Source of the DNA: an uncultured virus (IMG/VR IMGVR_UViG_3300025084_000015) | Taxonomy: Duplodnaviria > Heunggongvirae > Uroviricota > Caudoviricetes | Reading direction: 5' to 3' (one strand) | IMG/VR virus record: IMGVR_UViG_3300025084_000015 | DNA: 64,000 bases | In this document: positions 54,393 to 64,000 of the stretch, piece after piece | How positions within the stretch are numbered: the stretch's first letter is position 1 | How the letters are laid out: the number at the start of each line of letters is the position of its first letter | The notes under the pieces: model-generated | Database searches by the model: none | Seen by the model: only the letters and a program-made list of their open reading frames with translations | What the model was told of the DNA's origin: nothing | Program-made: the position numbers and the translations under genes

Positions 54393-54971
54393 TTAAATAA
54401 AATCTTCTAACAGTCCGGAAATTCTTTTTTTAGATCGCTTTTTCTTTTTTATTTTTTTGCCGAAGTTTTTGATTGCAGAATCGCGATCTCTAATAAGTTG
54501 TGATTTAAAACGAATACGTTCAACAATTCCATCTGCGCCTTTATGATCGCCTACATCCATAAATCCTGCGGCATCTGCGTGTTCCATATACAGCTCTTTA
54601 ATATCCTGGTGCTTTTTCTCTTTAGCGATTCGTCTTAAAAACGCGTAATATGTAATTTGTGTAAAGTATGCGAACGCATTAGGTAAACCAGTGCGAGTCG
54701 CCTTTTTTACATCATAATTCATAATGGCCTTAATACAATTTTCGACTGCATCCATCACCATCTCTTCACGGTACGTATATCCAGAAAAGTTAGGTTTATG
54801 GGAAAGGCCTTCTGCAATTTTAAGAAAGCACGTTCCAATGTATTCGGTGATCCGTGGTTCTTCAACGTCTTTTTCTCGGGCTTCTAAAACAGATTCAGTG
54901 TATTCTACAACGGCGGTTGAAAACTCCCTGTTATTTACGTAGTGAGGTTTATCTTTAGCTTTCTTTTTCAT
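54393..54971 (-). CDS. 55: Late transcription sigma factor gp55
   Basis: HYVNN, KIAEGLSHKPNF, NAFAYFTQI. Confidence 0.95.
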   Translation of the reverse strand: MKKKAKDKPHYVNNREFSTAVVEYTESVLEAREKDVEEPRITEYIGTCFLKIAEGLSHKPNFSGYTYREEMVMDAVENCIKAIMNYDVKKATRTGLPNAFAYFTQITYYAFLRRIAKEKKHQDIKELYMEHADAAGFMDVGDHKGADGIVERIRFKSQLIRDRDSAIKNFGKKIKKKKRSKKRISGLLEDFI

Positions 54972-55098
54972 AGCATAGTTATATTATACAATATAAACTC
55001 TTAAATGTACATATTTAATTGCAACCTTGTGCATTTTTTTATGTACAGAATTATAAATTTGGTGTATAATATTCTTAGAAAGGCAAAAAACATCTATG

Positions 55099-55581
55099 TT
55101 AATTTTTGCCGTATGGATTATCCCATTTACTTCTCCATTTAAAAGATGATTGTGGATTATAGCAATCATCAATTTCCATACCATCGATACCTCCATCAAT
55201 ATCTGTATTCATAAAATTATCAACTGGATCATTAAACAATTGTTTTAAAACAGTATCAATCTCATTGTTAGTAAGATGGCCTTCTAAATTAGATTTTATT
55301 AAATACCTGTGATATTGTATTTGTACACTTTCCAAAGGAACTCCAGAAGATATAATTTGACTTTCCTTTATTTGTATAACATCGATGTCTTTTACTAGCA
55401 TCCAAGGACTAAAAAATGATTCGTCCTTTCCTAAGATTTGGATTTCTACAGCTCCAGTGAGGTGGAAGCTTCGTGTATTTCTGTCAAATTTTTCTTCGTT
55501 TGCTATTATGTGACTACCGTCGATTAGCCTATAAGTTACTATCTCAAACTGATTCAAGTAGTCTTTAAGATCTTTATTCAT
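55099..55581 (-). CDS. Conserved hypothetical protein downstream of uvsW
   Basis: Synteny; RLIDGSHIIA, FSPW. Confidence 0.6.
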   Translation of the reverse strand: MNKDLKDYLNQFEIVTYRLIDGSHIIANEEKFDRNTRSFHLTGAVEIQILGKDESFFSPWMLVKDIDVIQIKESQIISSGVPLESVQIQYHRYLIKSNLEGHLTNNEIDTVLKQLFNDPVDNFMNTDIDGGIDGMEIDDCYNPQSSFKWRSKWDNPYGKN

Positions 55582-57074
55582 ATTGGCACTTCGTGAATTC
55601 TGTAATTAAAGTTTTCTTTTGTGTATATTTTTACACGTTCTATCGCGTGATTAAGTGTGTAATTCTTTTTTCTTTTCCATGATAAATCATCTGCCAAATC
55701 ATAAATTGTAGTACCTCGCCCATCGTTAGTTTTTCTTAACCCTCTCCCAATCGATTGCAATACACGAATTTGTGACTTCGTTGGAGAAGCAAACACGATG
55801 TTGTGGAGGTTAACTATATTTATACCTGTCGAAAAGGTGCCTACACTCGCTACGATAATTGCGTTTTTTTCTTTTTCTGTAATCTCACGAATTTTTTCTC
55901 TTTCTTCTGCGTTCACTGCGCCTGACACAAAAAATACTTTTCGGTTAGTACCTTTAAGATTTTCAATAAACGCATCATATAAAGGCTTCCCGTGTTTTTG
56001 AACTAAATTATACAGAACTAGTGAGTTTCCCTTTTGATCACATGTAAGATTAACAATAAATCTATTTCTTTTTTTATGTGAAACAATGTGGTCAATTTCG
56101 TCTTGGTATTTAAGATTTTTACAAAGCTTTCTTTCTTCTTCAGAATACTTTAACACTAAACATTCAATCGATAGTTGCGCTAAAGTTTCTGATTCGATTA
56201 ATTCTTTAGTAGATGTTACTCTATACACTGGTCCAAAATTACCTTCAAGAGTCATCTGATTTGCAAGAGCGCTATCAATCGTTCCTGTTGTGCCAATTCT
56301 AAAGCCTGCATTCACGAGCCGATTCATGATTGTGGTCAGAGATTTAGCTTTAAATGTATGTGCTTCATCACCTATAACCATTCCGTATGGTTGAAACCAT
56401 GATTGTGGCAGTTTAATTGCGCTCTGCCATGTTGTAACAACAACTGACGCGTCAAAACCGACTTTATCTTTACCTGAATAGATTTTATGCACATCTTCCT
56501 GCACATCAAATGAATCATCTTTGTGCGAGTATGATTCGAAATCTTTATACATTTGTTCAACCAGTGATGTAGTAGGAACAACGACCAATACCTTTTTGTC
56601 CATTTCATGACTTAGATAATGTCTCATCATCATGTATATGATTAATGATTTTCCTGATCCAGTCGGCGATATAAGTATTGCTCGTCTATTTTGTATACCA
56701 TGTGTAAATGCGTCGAACTGATAATTTCTCGGCTCAATTAATTTATCTCCAAGACTTATTGTAGAATCATTAATAAATTTTTCTAAATCGTTTTTTTCGA
56801 AAAACTTATTAGTTTTCATCGACTCATCATATACAAGTTTATATCCTCGTTCTTGGCAAAACTCAGCTACACGTTTCATCAAACCAAATGGTATAGTCTG
56901 TGATCTAGAATCAAATAGACGTATCTTACCATCCCATAGTTTATTTCTATAAGCAGGCATAAACTTATAGCCTTCTGCGTAAAAAGTAAAGTATTCAGAC
57001 AATTCCATAAGAAGACCAGAATCATCTGATCTAAGAAAAGCTTTTGCTTCGTCTTTTTTATACGCAGTTATCAT
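55578..57074 (-). CDS. uvsW: UvsW helicase
   Basis: WDGKIRLF, SPTGSGKS, GDEAH, LQSIGRGLR. Confidence 0.96.
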   Translation of the reverse strand: MITAYKKDEAKAFLRSDDSGLLMELSEYFTFYAEGYKFMPAYRNKLWDGKIRLFDSRSQTIPFGLMKRVAEFCQERGYKLVYDESMKTNKFFEKNDLEKFINDSTISLGDKLIEPRNYQFDAFTHGIQNRRAILISPTGSGKSLIIYMMMRHYLSHEMDKKVLVVVPTTSLVEQMYKDFESYSHKDDSFDVQEDVHKIYSGKDKVGFDASVVVTTWQSAIKLPQSWFQPYGMVIGDEAHTFKAKSLTTIMNRLVNAGFRIGTTGTIDSALANQMTLEGNFGPVYRVTSTKELIESETLAQLSIECLVLKYSEEERKLCKNLKYQDEIDHIVSHKKRNRFIVNLTCDQKGNSLVLYNLVQKHGKPLYDAFIENLKGTNRKVFFVSGAVNAEEREKIREITEKEKNAIIVASVGTFSTGINIVNLHNIVFASPTKSQIRVLQSIGRGLRKTNDGRGTTIYDLADDLSWKRKKNYTLNHAIERVKIYTKENFNYRIHEVPI

Positions 57075-57520
57075 TACATTCCAGACGTAAACTTCTTAAA
57101 TTCTAAGATGTTTTTTACGTGAGTATGTCTCCATCGGATATTTCCCATGATTTCTTCGAGAGTAGTAATGATCGTTTTTTGATAATCAATCTGTGCTTTT
57201 ATTTTTACAAGATCGTTATCAGTTGAGTAATACATATCCATATCAGATTTCATAGGTTTAGTCATACCATCAAATGGGTCATATCTCCATTTGCGACTAT
57301 CCATATCATCTTTAGTCATTTTACCATTATAGTAGAGCCATTTGTCTTTCCTCATTGACTCATACTCCATTTCCTTTTTCTTTAGCATTAATTTTGCCAT
57401 AGAAAAGAGCTCCAAATATTTAGCGTGAAGCTTTGAAGATTTTAGTGTTTCTTCATCTAAACATACGTCATCAATAATAACGTCTTTTTTCCACATAGTT
57501 AAAATATCATTCAAATCCAT
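57074..57520 (-). CDS. uvsY: Recombination mediator UvsY
   Basis: LHAKYL, KWLYYNGK, synteny. Confidence 0.85.
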   Translation of the reverse strand: MDLNDILTMWKKDVIIDDVCLDEETLKSSKLHAKYLELFSMAKLMLKKKEMEYESMRKDKWLYYNGKMTKDDMDSRKWRYDPFDGMTKPMKSDMDMYYSTDNDLVKIKAQIDYQKTIITTLEEIMGNIRWRHTHVKNILEFKKFTSGM

Positions 57521-57541
57521 AATGTACAAATTTATTTATAA

Positions 57542-58009
57542 CTATCTTATTATTAAAAATTCGTCGTATCGAAATGTAACTTCTCCTTGAACATAGGTAA
57601 CGTCATTAGCTTGTGTGTTAAACTCAACTCCGCTTAACGATGTTGGGAACGCATTTTTAAATTGAAATTGTTTATTAAGTGTGCTATGACTTGACATCAC
57701 GGAAAGAATCATATCGGCCGCTTCATACTTTTCAGTGTTTTCTTTAATCCAATTATAAATTTCGGTGTAGTTTTTCATATCTTCGTCAATAGCAAATCTA
57801 AGATTCAATGAACCAAATTGGCGACTTTCACTTGATTGAAATGCTATTCCTCCACGAAACGCCATTGCAATTTCACCGGCCGTAATTTCAGGAATTGAAA
57901 AACTCGTAATAAAATATTCGGTGTTTGCGTATTTTTGTCTGTTAATCGTAAGCTTAAATCCTATAGGAGATAAAAGATTAGTGTTTGTAGTTAGATTATT
58001 TTCAGCCAT
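57542..58009 (-). CDS. 3: Tail completion protein gp3
   Basis: NLLSPIGFK, IDEDMKNYTEIYNW, FPTSLSG. Confidence 0.85.
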   Translation of the reverse strand: MAENNLTTNTNLLSPIGFKLTINRQKYANTEYFITSFSIPEITAGEIAMAFRGGIAFQSSESRQFGSLNLRFAIDEDMKNYTEIYNWIKENTEKYEAADMILSVMSSHSTLNKQFQFKNAFPTSLSGVEFNTQANDVTYVQGEVTFRYDEFLIIR

Positions 58010-58021
58010 AATTCTATTTAT

Positions 58022-58053
58022 AAAAAAGAGGGCCCCCTTTCGAGGACCCTCTT
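58022..58053 (-). terminator. Intrinsic terminator after gp23, overlapping late promoter of gp3
   Basis: AAGAGGGTCCTC GAAA GGGGGCCCTCTTTTTT; TATAAATA at 58022..58015. Confidence 0.8.
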
Positions 58054-58080
58054 AAATTTAGGTTTTAAACCCTATTACAA

Positions 58081-59355
58081 TTATCCGCCAATGTTAATGT
58101 TCTTAACACGGAAGGTGCGGTAGTATGGGTTGCTACCGGAAGCACCGATAGATCCATCAACTACGCCAGTAATTGGGTTAGCAGTAAGACCGTAACGTGT
58201 CTTGAATGCAATCTTAGGCTGGAAGGTCTGCTCTCCAACAGCGCGAACCATTGTAAGAGGCACATAAGGTGCGTAAAACAGGCCAGCGTCATATGGGGAA
58301 GCACCCTTATAACCAACAGTAGCATAGTCAGTTGAAGCATATGGATCAACATATACCTTAAGGCGTCCATTGAGAGTACCAGCAAATGTATTACCAGTGG
58401 CATCAACAGCAATTTCACCTTCTCCACCGAACTTAAGGCTACCAGCTGCAGCAAGTGCAGAAGCAACGTTGCTTGAGCAGATAACGAAGTTACCCTTACC
58501 ACGACGTGTGTCGATTGCAATATTGTTGGCTTCCTGCTCGAGTTGGAAGATCAAAGACTGGAATTTCTCAACAGCCCAACGGCCATCAGCATCAGTCTTA
58601 AGGTCAAATCCCTCAGTAGATCCAATTCCACCACGCTTACCAGTAACAACCAAGCTACGAATCACCTCACGGTTGATTTCAGCAAGGATTTCACCAGAAA
58701 GGATGTTAGCAAGCTCAGACTCAGCATCAAGGCCGTGAACAGCTTTGAGGTCTTGAGCAAGCTCCATGGTGTACTCAGCTTTAAGCTGACGAGTCTTAGC
58801 AGTAACAGTGCACTTTTCGATAGTGAAACCCATTTCAGCAAGTGCATCTGAAGTTTCACCAGTAGCAGTAGCAACACCAGTTCCTGTCTGAGCAACTGTA
58901 GGCTCAGTCGGAGAATCAAAGAGTCCTTTGGTGTGAACATTTCCACCAGCACCAGAGAAGTCTGTGTCAGCCTCATTAAAGAGAGCTTCAGGATCAGCGG
59001 TGGTTACTTTAGTGGCAGGACTCGCGGTATTGAAACGAGACTTCATCGCGAAAATGAGGCCAGTAGGACCAGACATAGGCTGGACACCTGCGACATCATA
59101 AGCGATGAGGTTTGGCATTGCCCGGCGGACAAGAGAAATAAGGACTGGATCTGAATATTCATTAGATGTCGTCTGGTTACTTGTCTCATTCAACGAATTG
59201 AACGAAGATGCGTGAGCCTCCTCACGGAGAGCAACTTCGGTGTTTTCGAGCAATTTGGCTGTAACAGCCTTCTTATAGCTATCAGTGATAGCGGGAGCGT
59301 CAGCGTGCTCAAGCACGGGAGCCCATTTTTGTAGTTCTTTTTCTGCGTTTAGCAT
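58081..59355 (-). CDS. 23: Major capsid protein gp23
   Basis: KWAPVL, LVRRAMPNLIAYD, GVQPMSGPTGL, LAQDLKAVHGLDAE, EINREV, FKTRYG. Confidence 0.98.
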   Translation of the reverse strand: MLNAEKELQKWAPVLEHADAPAITDSYKKAVTAKLLENTEVALREEAHASSFNSLNETSNQTTSNEYSDPVLISLVRRAMPNLIAYDVAGVQPMSGPTGLIFAMKSRFNTASPATKVTTADPEALFNEADTDFSGAGGNVHTKGLFDSPTEPTVAQTGTGVATATGETSDALAEMGFTIEKCTVTAKTRQLKAEYTMELAQDLKAVHGLDAESELANILSGEILAEINREVIRSLVVTGKRGGIGSTEGFDLKTDADGRWAVEKFQSLIFQLEQEANNIAIDTRRGKGNFVICSSNVASALAAAGSLKFGGEGEIAVDATGNTFAGTLNGRLKVYVDPYASTDYATVGYKGASPYDAGLFYAPYVPLTMVRAVGEQTFQPKIAFKTRYGLTANPITGVVDGSIGASGSNPYYRTFRVKNINIGG

Positions 59356-59388
59356 AATAGTTTTTCTTTCTTTTGTTGTTTGGTTGGG

Positions 59389-60786
59389 TTATTTGAAGCG
59401 AGAAAGAGTTGAAATATAGCGTTGCATGTCACCAGACAACTTGCTATTAGGATCAATTTCTCCCTCGACGATTGTTTTTACGTTAGTTGAATCGGATGAT
59501 TCAGTAATGACTTCTTCTTTTTCTTTCGAATCAGAATCTGAGAAGAATCCTTCTTTAATGACATCGACTTTTTCAGTAAATGTTTCAGCATCTACAAAAT
59601 CGACATCTTCAAGAAGAGAGTTAAGTTTAGCAGCTTGAGTAGATGCTAAATCAGCAGTAGCTTCAGAAACAATTTTCTCACGATAGAGTTTTTCAACTTC
59701 TTCAGAAAGAGAAATATTCTTTTCTTCAACTGCTGTGAGGGTTTCTTCAATGCTTTTCACTTCATCAGAAAGTTGATCAACAAGATCAACCTTAGAATCA
59801 GGTACTTCAATATAGTGTTCTGTGAACACACCTTGAAGAGCCTTCATGAAGTTTTCTGTGATGTCAGTGCGAAGCTTGTTATCAACAAACTCCTGGTTTT
59901 CTTCGATCCAAGTTTCTACCACATAAGAAAGATAATCATCAATCTTAGTGACGAGAGACTCACGAATGTAGCCTACTTCTTCTTGAAGATCATTATCATA
60001 TTGAGCTTCAAGAGATTCTTTGATCTCGACAACACGGTTTGCAACAGCACCTTCAAACAGAGTACCAACCTTAGCCCTAAAGCCTTCGGTTAATTCCTGC
60101 TCAGAGTCGGCAAGAATCTTAAGATCTTCAGCATAGCTTTCAGTCTCAAGTTCCTCATGCATCCCAGCGCAAGAATCTTGAATAGCCTTATAAGAGGCAG
60201 TCAATTGATCCTTTTTCATAGCCTTAAGTTGGCCATACATTGCGTTGATGATGTCTGCCTTCGTTTTTGGCACTTCTACTTCACCTTCATCTTCACTCAC
60301 ATTAATACCTTTATAAGCATTAACGAGTTGTGATTTCTTCATTCCCTTAAGAGCATCAAAACTTGCAGCAAGATAACCTGCTTTAGTCTTAACATCTGGA
60401 AGGCTAACTTCTTCTACTTCATCAGAGTCTTCAGCAGATTCTTCTACCTCTTCATCTTCTTCAGCAGATTCTTCTACTTCTTCCTCTTTTTCAGGATCTT
60501 CTTCTTCAGTCTTGGCTTTAGCTTCTTCCACTTCCTCGGAATCATCTTCTTCGGTCTTAGCTTTAGCTTCTTCCATTTCTTCTTCTTCATCTTTAGAATC
60601 GTCATCATCTGACTCTTCTTCGGATTCATTCTTCTTAGCTTCGCCAAGAAGCGCGTCTACGACGGCTTGAGATAAAGTTTGACTTGTGTCCTCAGCAACT
60701 TCTTCAGGAATATCCTGCACAAGCTCCTGGTTCTCAACAAGATCAACTTCCTCGACGTCTTCGATAATTTGGTTTTCGTCTGACAT
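59389..60786 (-). CDS. 22: Prohead core scaffold gp22
   Basis: FEGAV, IDDYLSYVVETW, FTEHYIEVP; acidic N-terminal extension. Confidence 0.93.
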   Translation of the reverse strand: MSDENQIIEDVEEVDLVENQELVQDIPEEVAEDTSQTLSQAVVDALLGEAKKNESEEESDDDDSKDEEEEMEEAKAKTEEDDSEEVEEAKAKTEEEDPEKEEEVEESAEEDEEVEESAEDSDEVEEVSLPDVKTKAGYLAASFDALKGMKKSQLVNAYKGINVSEDEGEVEVPKTKADIINAMYGQLKAMKKDQLTASYKAIQDSCAGMHEELETESYAEDLKILADSEQELTEGFRAKVGTLFEGAVANRVVEIKESLEAQYDNDLQEEVGYIRESLVTKIDDYLSYVVETWIEENQEFVDNKLRTDITENFMKALQGVFTEHYIEVPDSKVDLVDQLSDEVKSIEETLTAVEEKNISLSEEVEKLYREKIVSEATADLASTQAAKLNSLLEDVDFVDAETFTEKVDVIKEGFFSDSDSKEKEEVITESSDSTNVKTIVEGEIDPNSKLSGDMQRYISTLSRFK

Positions 60787-60803
60787 ATATTCTTATTTTG
60801 AAT

Positions 60804-61448
60804 TTAGAGTTTGGAGAGGAAATCATTGAAGATCCGTTCCTGAGCTTCGCTTACGCGCCCAAGTGGAACTTTATTAATTTCAGTCTCATATTCTTCAATT
60901 TGCTGAGGTTTGAGAAGACCATTCTCCCAAATCCATTCAACACCTTCCATAATACCTTCAACGAAGGCGGAAGGAGCAGAAGGATCTTGGACAATATCCA
61001 CAGTAGAAAGAACGAAATCGTCCTTAACATATGTTTTGCCTTCCTTTTGCTCAACAGTACCCATACCACGGCTAGAGACACCTAACTTGCATCCACCTTC
61101 AACGAGACCTTTCACGATTTTGCCCATTGGTGTATCAAGTACAAGTGCCTTTCCAACAACATTATTACCTTCCCATTTGAGTTCGGTAATTCTGTGTGAA
61201 ACTTTATCTAAGTTAATCGCTGGTCCTTCGGGGTGATTTAACTCACCACAAGCACGACCTGTTTTAACTTGTTCTTTAACGTATCTTTCACAAGCAGCCT
61301 TTAAAACTGCTTTAGGATAGATTCGTTTATTGCGGTTTTGTTGCTCCGCTTGCATAAAAATTCCTTCGATGAAAACGTTCTTTTCACCGTTATCTTTTGC
61401 TTCAGTAATATACTCAAGCTGATCTAAATGTTCCGTAATTAATTTCAT
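60804..61448 (-). CDS. 21: Prohead protease gp21
   Basis: MKLITE, NRNKRIYP, GELNHP, GVSSRG, DIVQDPSAP. Confidence 0.97.
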   Translation of the reverse strand: MKLITEHLDQLEYITEAKDNGEKNVFIEGIFMQAEQQNRNKRIYPKAVLKAACERYVKEQVKTGRACGELNHPEGPAINLDKVSHRITELKWEGNNVVGKALVLDTPMGKIVKGLVEGGCKLGVSSRGMGTVEQKEGKTYVKDDFVLSTVDIVQDPSAPSAFVEGIMEGVEWIWENGLLKPQQIEEYETEINKVPLGRVSEAQERIFNDFLSKL

Positions 61449-61452
61449 AGTT

Positions 61453-62511
61453 TTAGTCTTCCATCGCTATTGATAGTGCAGAGATAGCATCTCGAAGGTT
61501 GTCGAAATATTCTACTCCTGAATCTTTGCCTCCATCAAACTTAATTTTTCCTTTATCAAAACTAAACTCGATTTTAGAGCCACCAAAATCTGCAACGTTA
61601 CCTTTAACTTTTGCACCGTTTTTAGCTACAAATTTTAAAAGCTTAGAAATGTCTCCGCTCGAAGCTTCTTCAAGATCAGTTGATTCGTATACTTTGTACC
61701 CATCTTTTTTCAACTGTCCCGCTTCTTTATTTGTTGAAGGAACTAAAAATTTACCATCATCGCCCACAAATACTTGAGTTTTATATTTCTGCTTAGAAGC
61801 AGCACTCTTCGCGAGTTTAGGATCTGAAAATATAGATATATTAGAACTTGGTATTTTAGCTTCTTCAAGGTTAGACTCAACCATTTTGGCCCATCCTTTA
61901 CCATATTTTTTAATAAGCTTTTGTCGAGCTACTTTTAGTTTTTGGCCATACGCAACGCTGACTTTTTCATCTTCGCTCCTGATAATTTCCTGTGCAATCT
62001 CAGCATCTTCAGGCGACATCTTAGCTTCTTCAAGATTTGCTGATTCTTTAATACCGTCTGCACGCCACCCATCATCATCCCAACCATCAGGATCAGCCAA
62101 AATGCGTTCTAGATCTTTCTTTTTACCAGTAAGTTGAACTTCTGGCATATCCTTCCCGCGTGGCTCGCCGAGGAGTTCCCCTTTAACACGATACTTTTTA
62201 AGAAGCTTATTGAAATTACGAGAGAACAGATCTTTCTCATCATAAGAACCGGCCGGCCAACCGGCGCGCGACCCTCTTAAAAAAAACGGATCTGGAATCT
62301 CAACATTAACAGTTGCTTCATCAAGATCAGTTGATTCTTCAACGACAGTTTCAGAGCTTGGAACTTGTTTATTGTAAATATCTGCGGTAATACCGGCTCT
62401 ACGAACATCCAGAGCTTGATCCATTTTCTGCTTTATTGCGCTACCAAAATCTTCTTGTGAAGCCGTATCGGTAACAATACTTTTAAATAATTCTTTAGCA
62501 ATATCACTCAT
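61453..62511 (-). CDS. gp67-like prohead core protein fused to four cargo modules
   Basis: Position between gp20 and gp21; four ES(x)xL(D/E)EA linkers; TATAAATA at 62530..62523. Confidence 0.7.
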   Translation of the reverse strand: MSDIAKELFKSIVTDTASQEDFGSAIKQKMDQALDVRRAGITADIYNKQVPSSETVVEESTDLDEATVNVEIPDPFFLRGSRAGWPAGSYDEKDLFSRNFNKLLKKYRVKGELLGEPRGKDMPEVQLTGKKKDLERILADPDGWDDDGWRADGIKESANLEEAKMSPEDAEIAQEIIRSEDEKVSVAYGQKLKVARQKLIKKYGKGWAKMVESNLEEAKIPSSNISIFSDPKLAKSAASKQKYKTQVFVGDDGKFLVPSTNKEAGQLKKDGYKVYESTDLEEASSGDISKLLKFVAKNGAKVKGNVADFGGSKIEFSFDKGKIKFDGGKDSGVEYFDNLRDAISALSIAMED

Positions 62512-62549
62512 GTTATTAATACTATTTATAATTTTTTTGTTTTAGAGAT

Positions 62550-64000
62550 TTAAATATCTTCATCTTCAAATTCATCACCTTCATCTCCTGAACCTTCTTC
62601 TTCAATTTCTTTATCAAGACGCATAATATCTTCATCTGATTGTTTAAGTATGACTGTGCGTACATACTTATCAGAGATATACTTACCAACAATATCTTCA
62701 AGCATTTGTGACATTTCCAAACGTTCTCTAAGGATTTCAAATTCTTTTAGTTCAGCAAAATAGTTATCTTCAAGGAAGTTAATGTTAATAGATTCTTCAA
62801 TGTCACCCCAATCTTTTTCAGTAATAACACCTTTAAGGATGAGCTGTATTCTCAAAGCGTCCATCAACATGAAAGAAAACTTCTTTCTTAAACGATCAAT
62901 AAACTTTTGAAATTTGACTTCTTCCCTTGAAACTTCACTTGCACGTCCAACACTAAATGCTGTGTCTTGTTCTAACCTTGCAACGGGTACATTAAGAGCA
63001 CGGTATAGTTTACGTTGGAAAAACTGTACGTCTTCAATCTGACCTAAGTTTTCTCCACCACCAAGTGTAGTAATCTCAGTTCCTCGTCCACCTTCTCGTC
63101 TAGGAAGATAAAAATCTTCAAGCATTGACATGTGTCTACGATCATCGCTGATATTTCCGGTATTTGCATCATACACAAGCTTATTTCTATAACGAGAAAC
63201 AACCTGCTGAACATATTCTTCAGCCTTACCTTTTGGAAGGTTACCAACATCAATATAAAAAATTCTTCTTTCCGGAGCTCGTGAAACACGATAAACAACC
63301 AAAGAATCTTCCATATAGCGAAGCTGATTAACAAGCTTCATCGCTTTATGAAGATGGCCAACTGTTCGTATTTTATCAGGATCCATTATTCCAGAATTAA
63401 CTTGAATAATTGCATCTGTTGCGAACCTAATTCCGTTTAATTTATCAACACCATTATTTCCGAGGTCAGGAGAATAGACGTAATATTCGTCTACAACCTT
63501 TTCATATTCTAATCCTGTGTTTTTATCAGTTTCTTGTTTTACTTCTTTAACTTTATTGATGTGTGTTGATTCAACAGGCCGAAGTTCTACAATACCTTTC
63601 TGAGGATTATTAGGATCGATGATTACATTAAAGTATGCTTTACCATCAACATACCAATTACGAAAATACTCTGAGGCATTTCTATTAAATTTATAGAGTT
63701 TCAACACTCGGTTAAACTCATTAATTATTTGTTTCTTTACATTATTAGGTAGATCTAAATCGTGCATAGTCAAATCGACCGGAGCAGATTCTTCTGATGA
63801 CGCAATAGCTCCATCTACAATGTCAGAAACAGCAGCATCACATTCAGGTTGCATCGCTGCTTCACGATATTTGCGAATTAGTTCGTGGTCTGAAACTGTA
63901 TCGGTATTTGAAAGATCTACATACTGACCATAGTAGCCTCCTCCAACCGCCACCGTTGATGCAGATTCATCATTAGGTTTAGGAATAGGTGATACTGGTT
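62550..64000 (-). CDS. 20: Portal protein gp20 (5' end outside window)
   Basis: WYVDG, YRVSRAPERRIFYIDVGNLP, EDFYLPRREGGRGTEI; frame stays open to window end. Confidence 0.97.
   Translation of the reverse strand, partial: PVSPIPKPNDESASTVAVGGGYYGQYVDLSNTDTVSDHELIRKYREAAMQPECDAAVSDIVDGAIASSEESAPVDLTMHDLDLPNNVKKQIINEFNRVLKLYKFNRNASEYFRNWYVDGKAYFNVIIDPNNPQKGIVELRPVESTHINKVKEVKQETDKNTGLEYEKVVDEYYVYSPDLGNNGVDKLNGIRFATDAIIQVNSGIMDPDKIRTVGHLHKAMKLVNQLRYMEDSLVVYRVSRAPERRIFYIDVGNLPKGKAEEYVQQVVSRYRNKLVYDANTGNISDDRRHMSMLEDFYLPRREGGRGTEITTLGGGENLGQIEDVQFFQRKLYRALNVPVARLEQDTAFSVGRASEVSREEVKFQKFIDRLRKKFSFMLMDALRIQLILKGVITEKDWGDIEESININFLEDNYFAELKEFEILRERLEMSQMLEDIVGKYISDKYVRTVILKQSDEDIMRLDKEIEEEGSGDEGDEFEDEDI

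Larger units (their letters stand above)
3719..62530 (-). promoter_or_regulatory. Dispersed T4-type late promoters TATAAATA (gp55-dependent)
   Basis: Exact copies at 3719, 18973, 25333, 26012, 31811, 31820, 47608, 48035, 57533, 58015, 62523, each shortly upstream of a start codon or leader. Confidence 0.8.

Noticed and set aside
120..62137. All plus-strand ORFs in the ORF track (e.g. 44638..45372, 24333..24824, 19110..19514)
   Set aside because: They lie antisense to well-supported minus-strand genes, have no recognisable motifs or promoters; shadow ORFs

Overview
64-kb segment of an AT-rich T4-like (Tevenvirinae/Kyanoviridae-type) myovirus genome with essentially all genes on the minus strand. 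Read in transcription direction (right to left) it holds the head module (gp20 portal partial, gp67-like, gp21, gp22, gp23, gp3), uvsY/uvsW, gp55, gp47/46, gp45/44/62, regA, hsp20, gp43, an AEP-type primase, ThyX, a DNA-modification block (dCMP hydroxymethylase gp42, alpha-glucosyltransferase, C5-methyltransferase-like protein), uvsX, gp41, a block of late/head-associated proteins, class I RNR, RNase H, phoH, a glycosyl/sulfotransferase block, a beta-barrel porin, a hypervariable early region with repeated promoter cassettes, four tRNAs and a lysozyme. Most notable unexplained signals: (1) TGTTC-N4-GAACA palindromes (the published Verrucomicrobia LexA box) at a fixed position upstream of repeated early promoters; (2) two tRNA-shaped RNAs whose anticodon loop is replaced by a ~50-nt structured insert; (3) head polyproteins built of swappable modules separated by protease-site-like linkers, one of them interrupted by a single in-frame UGA; (4) a hmC/glucosylation pathway coupled to an atypical C5-MTase; (5) many apparently leaderless mRNAs. 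All assignments are from motif recognition by eye; no database searches were run.
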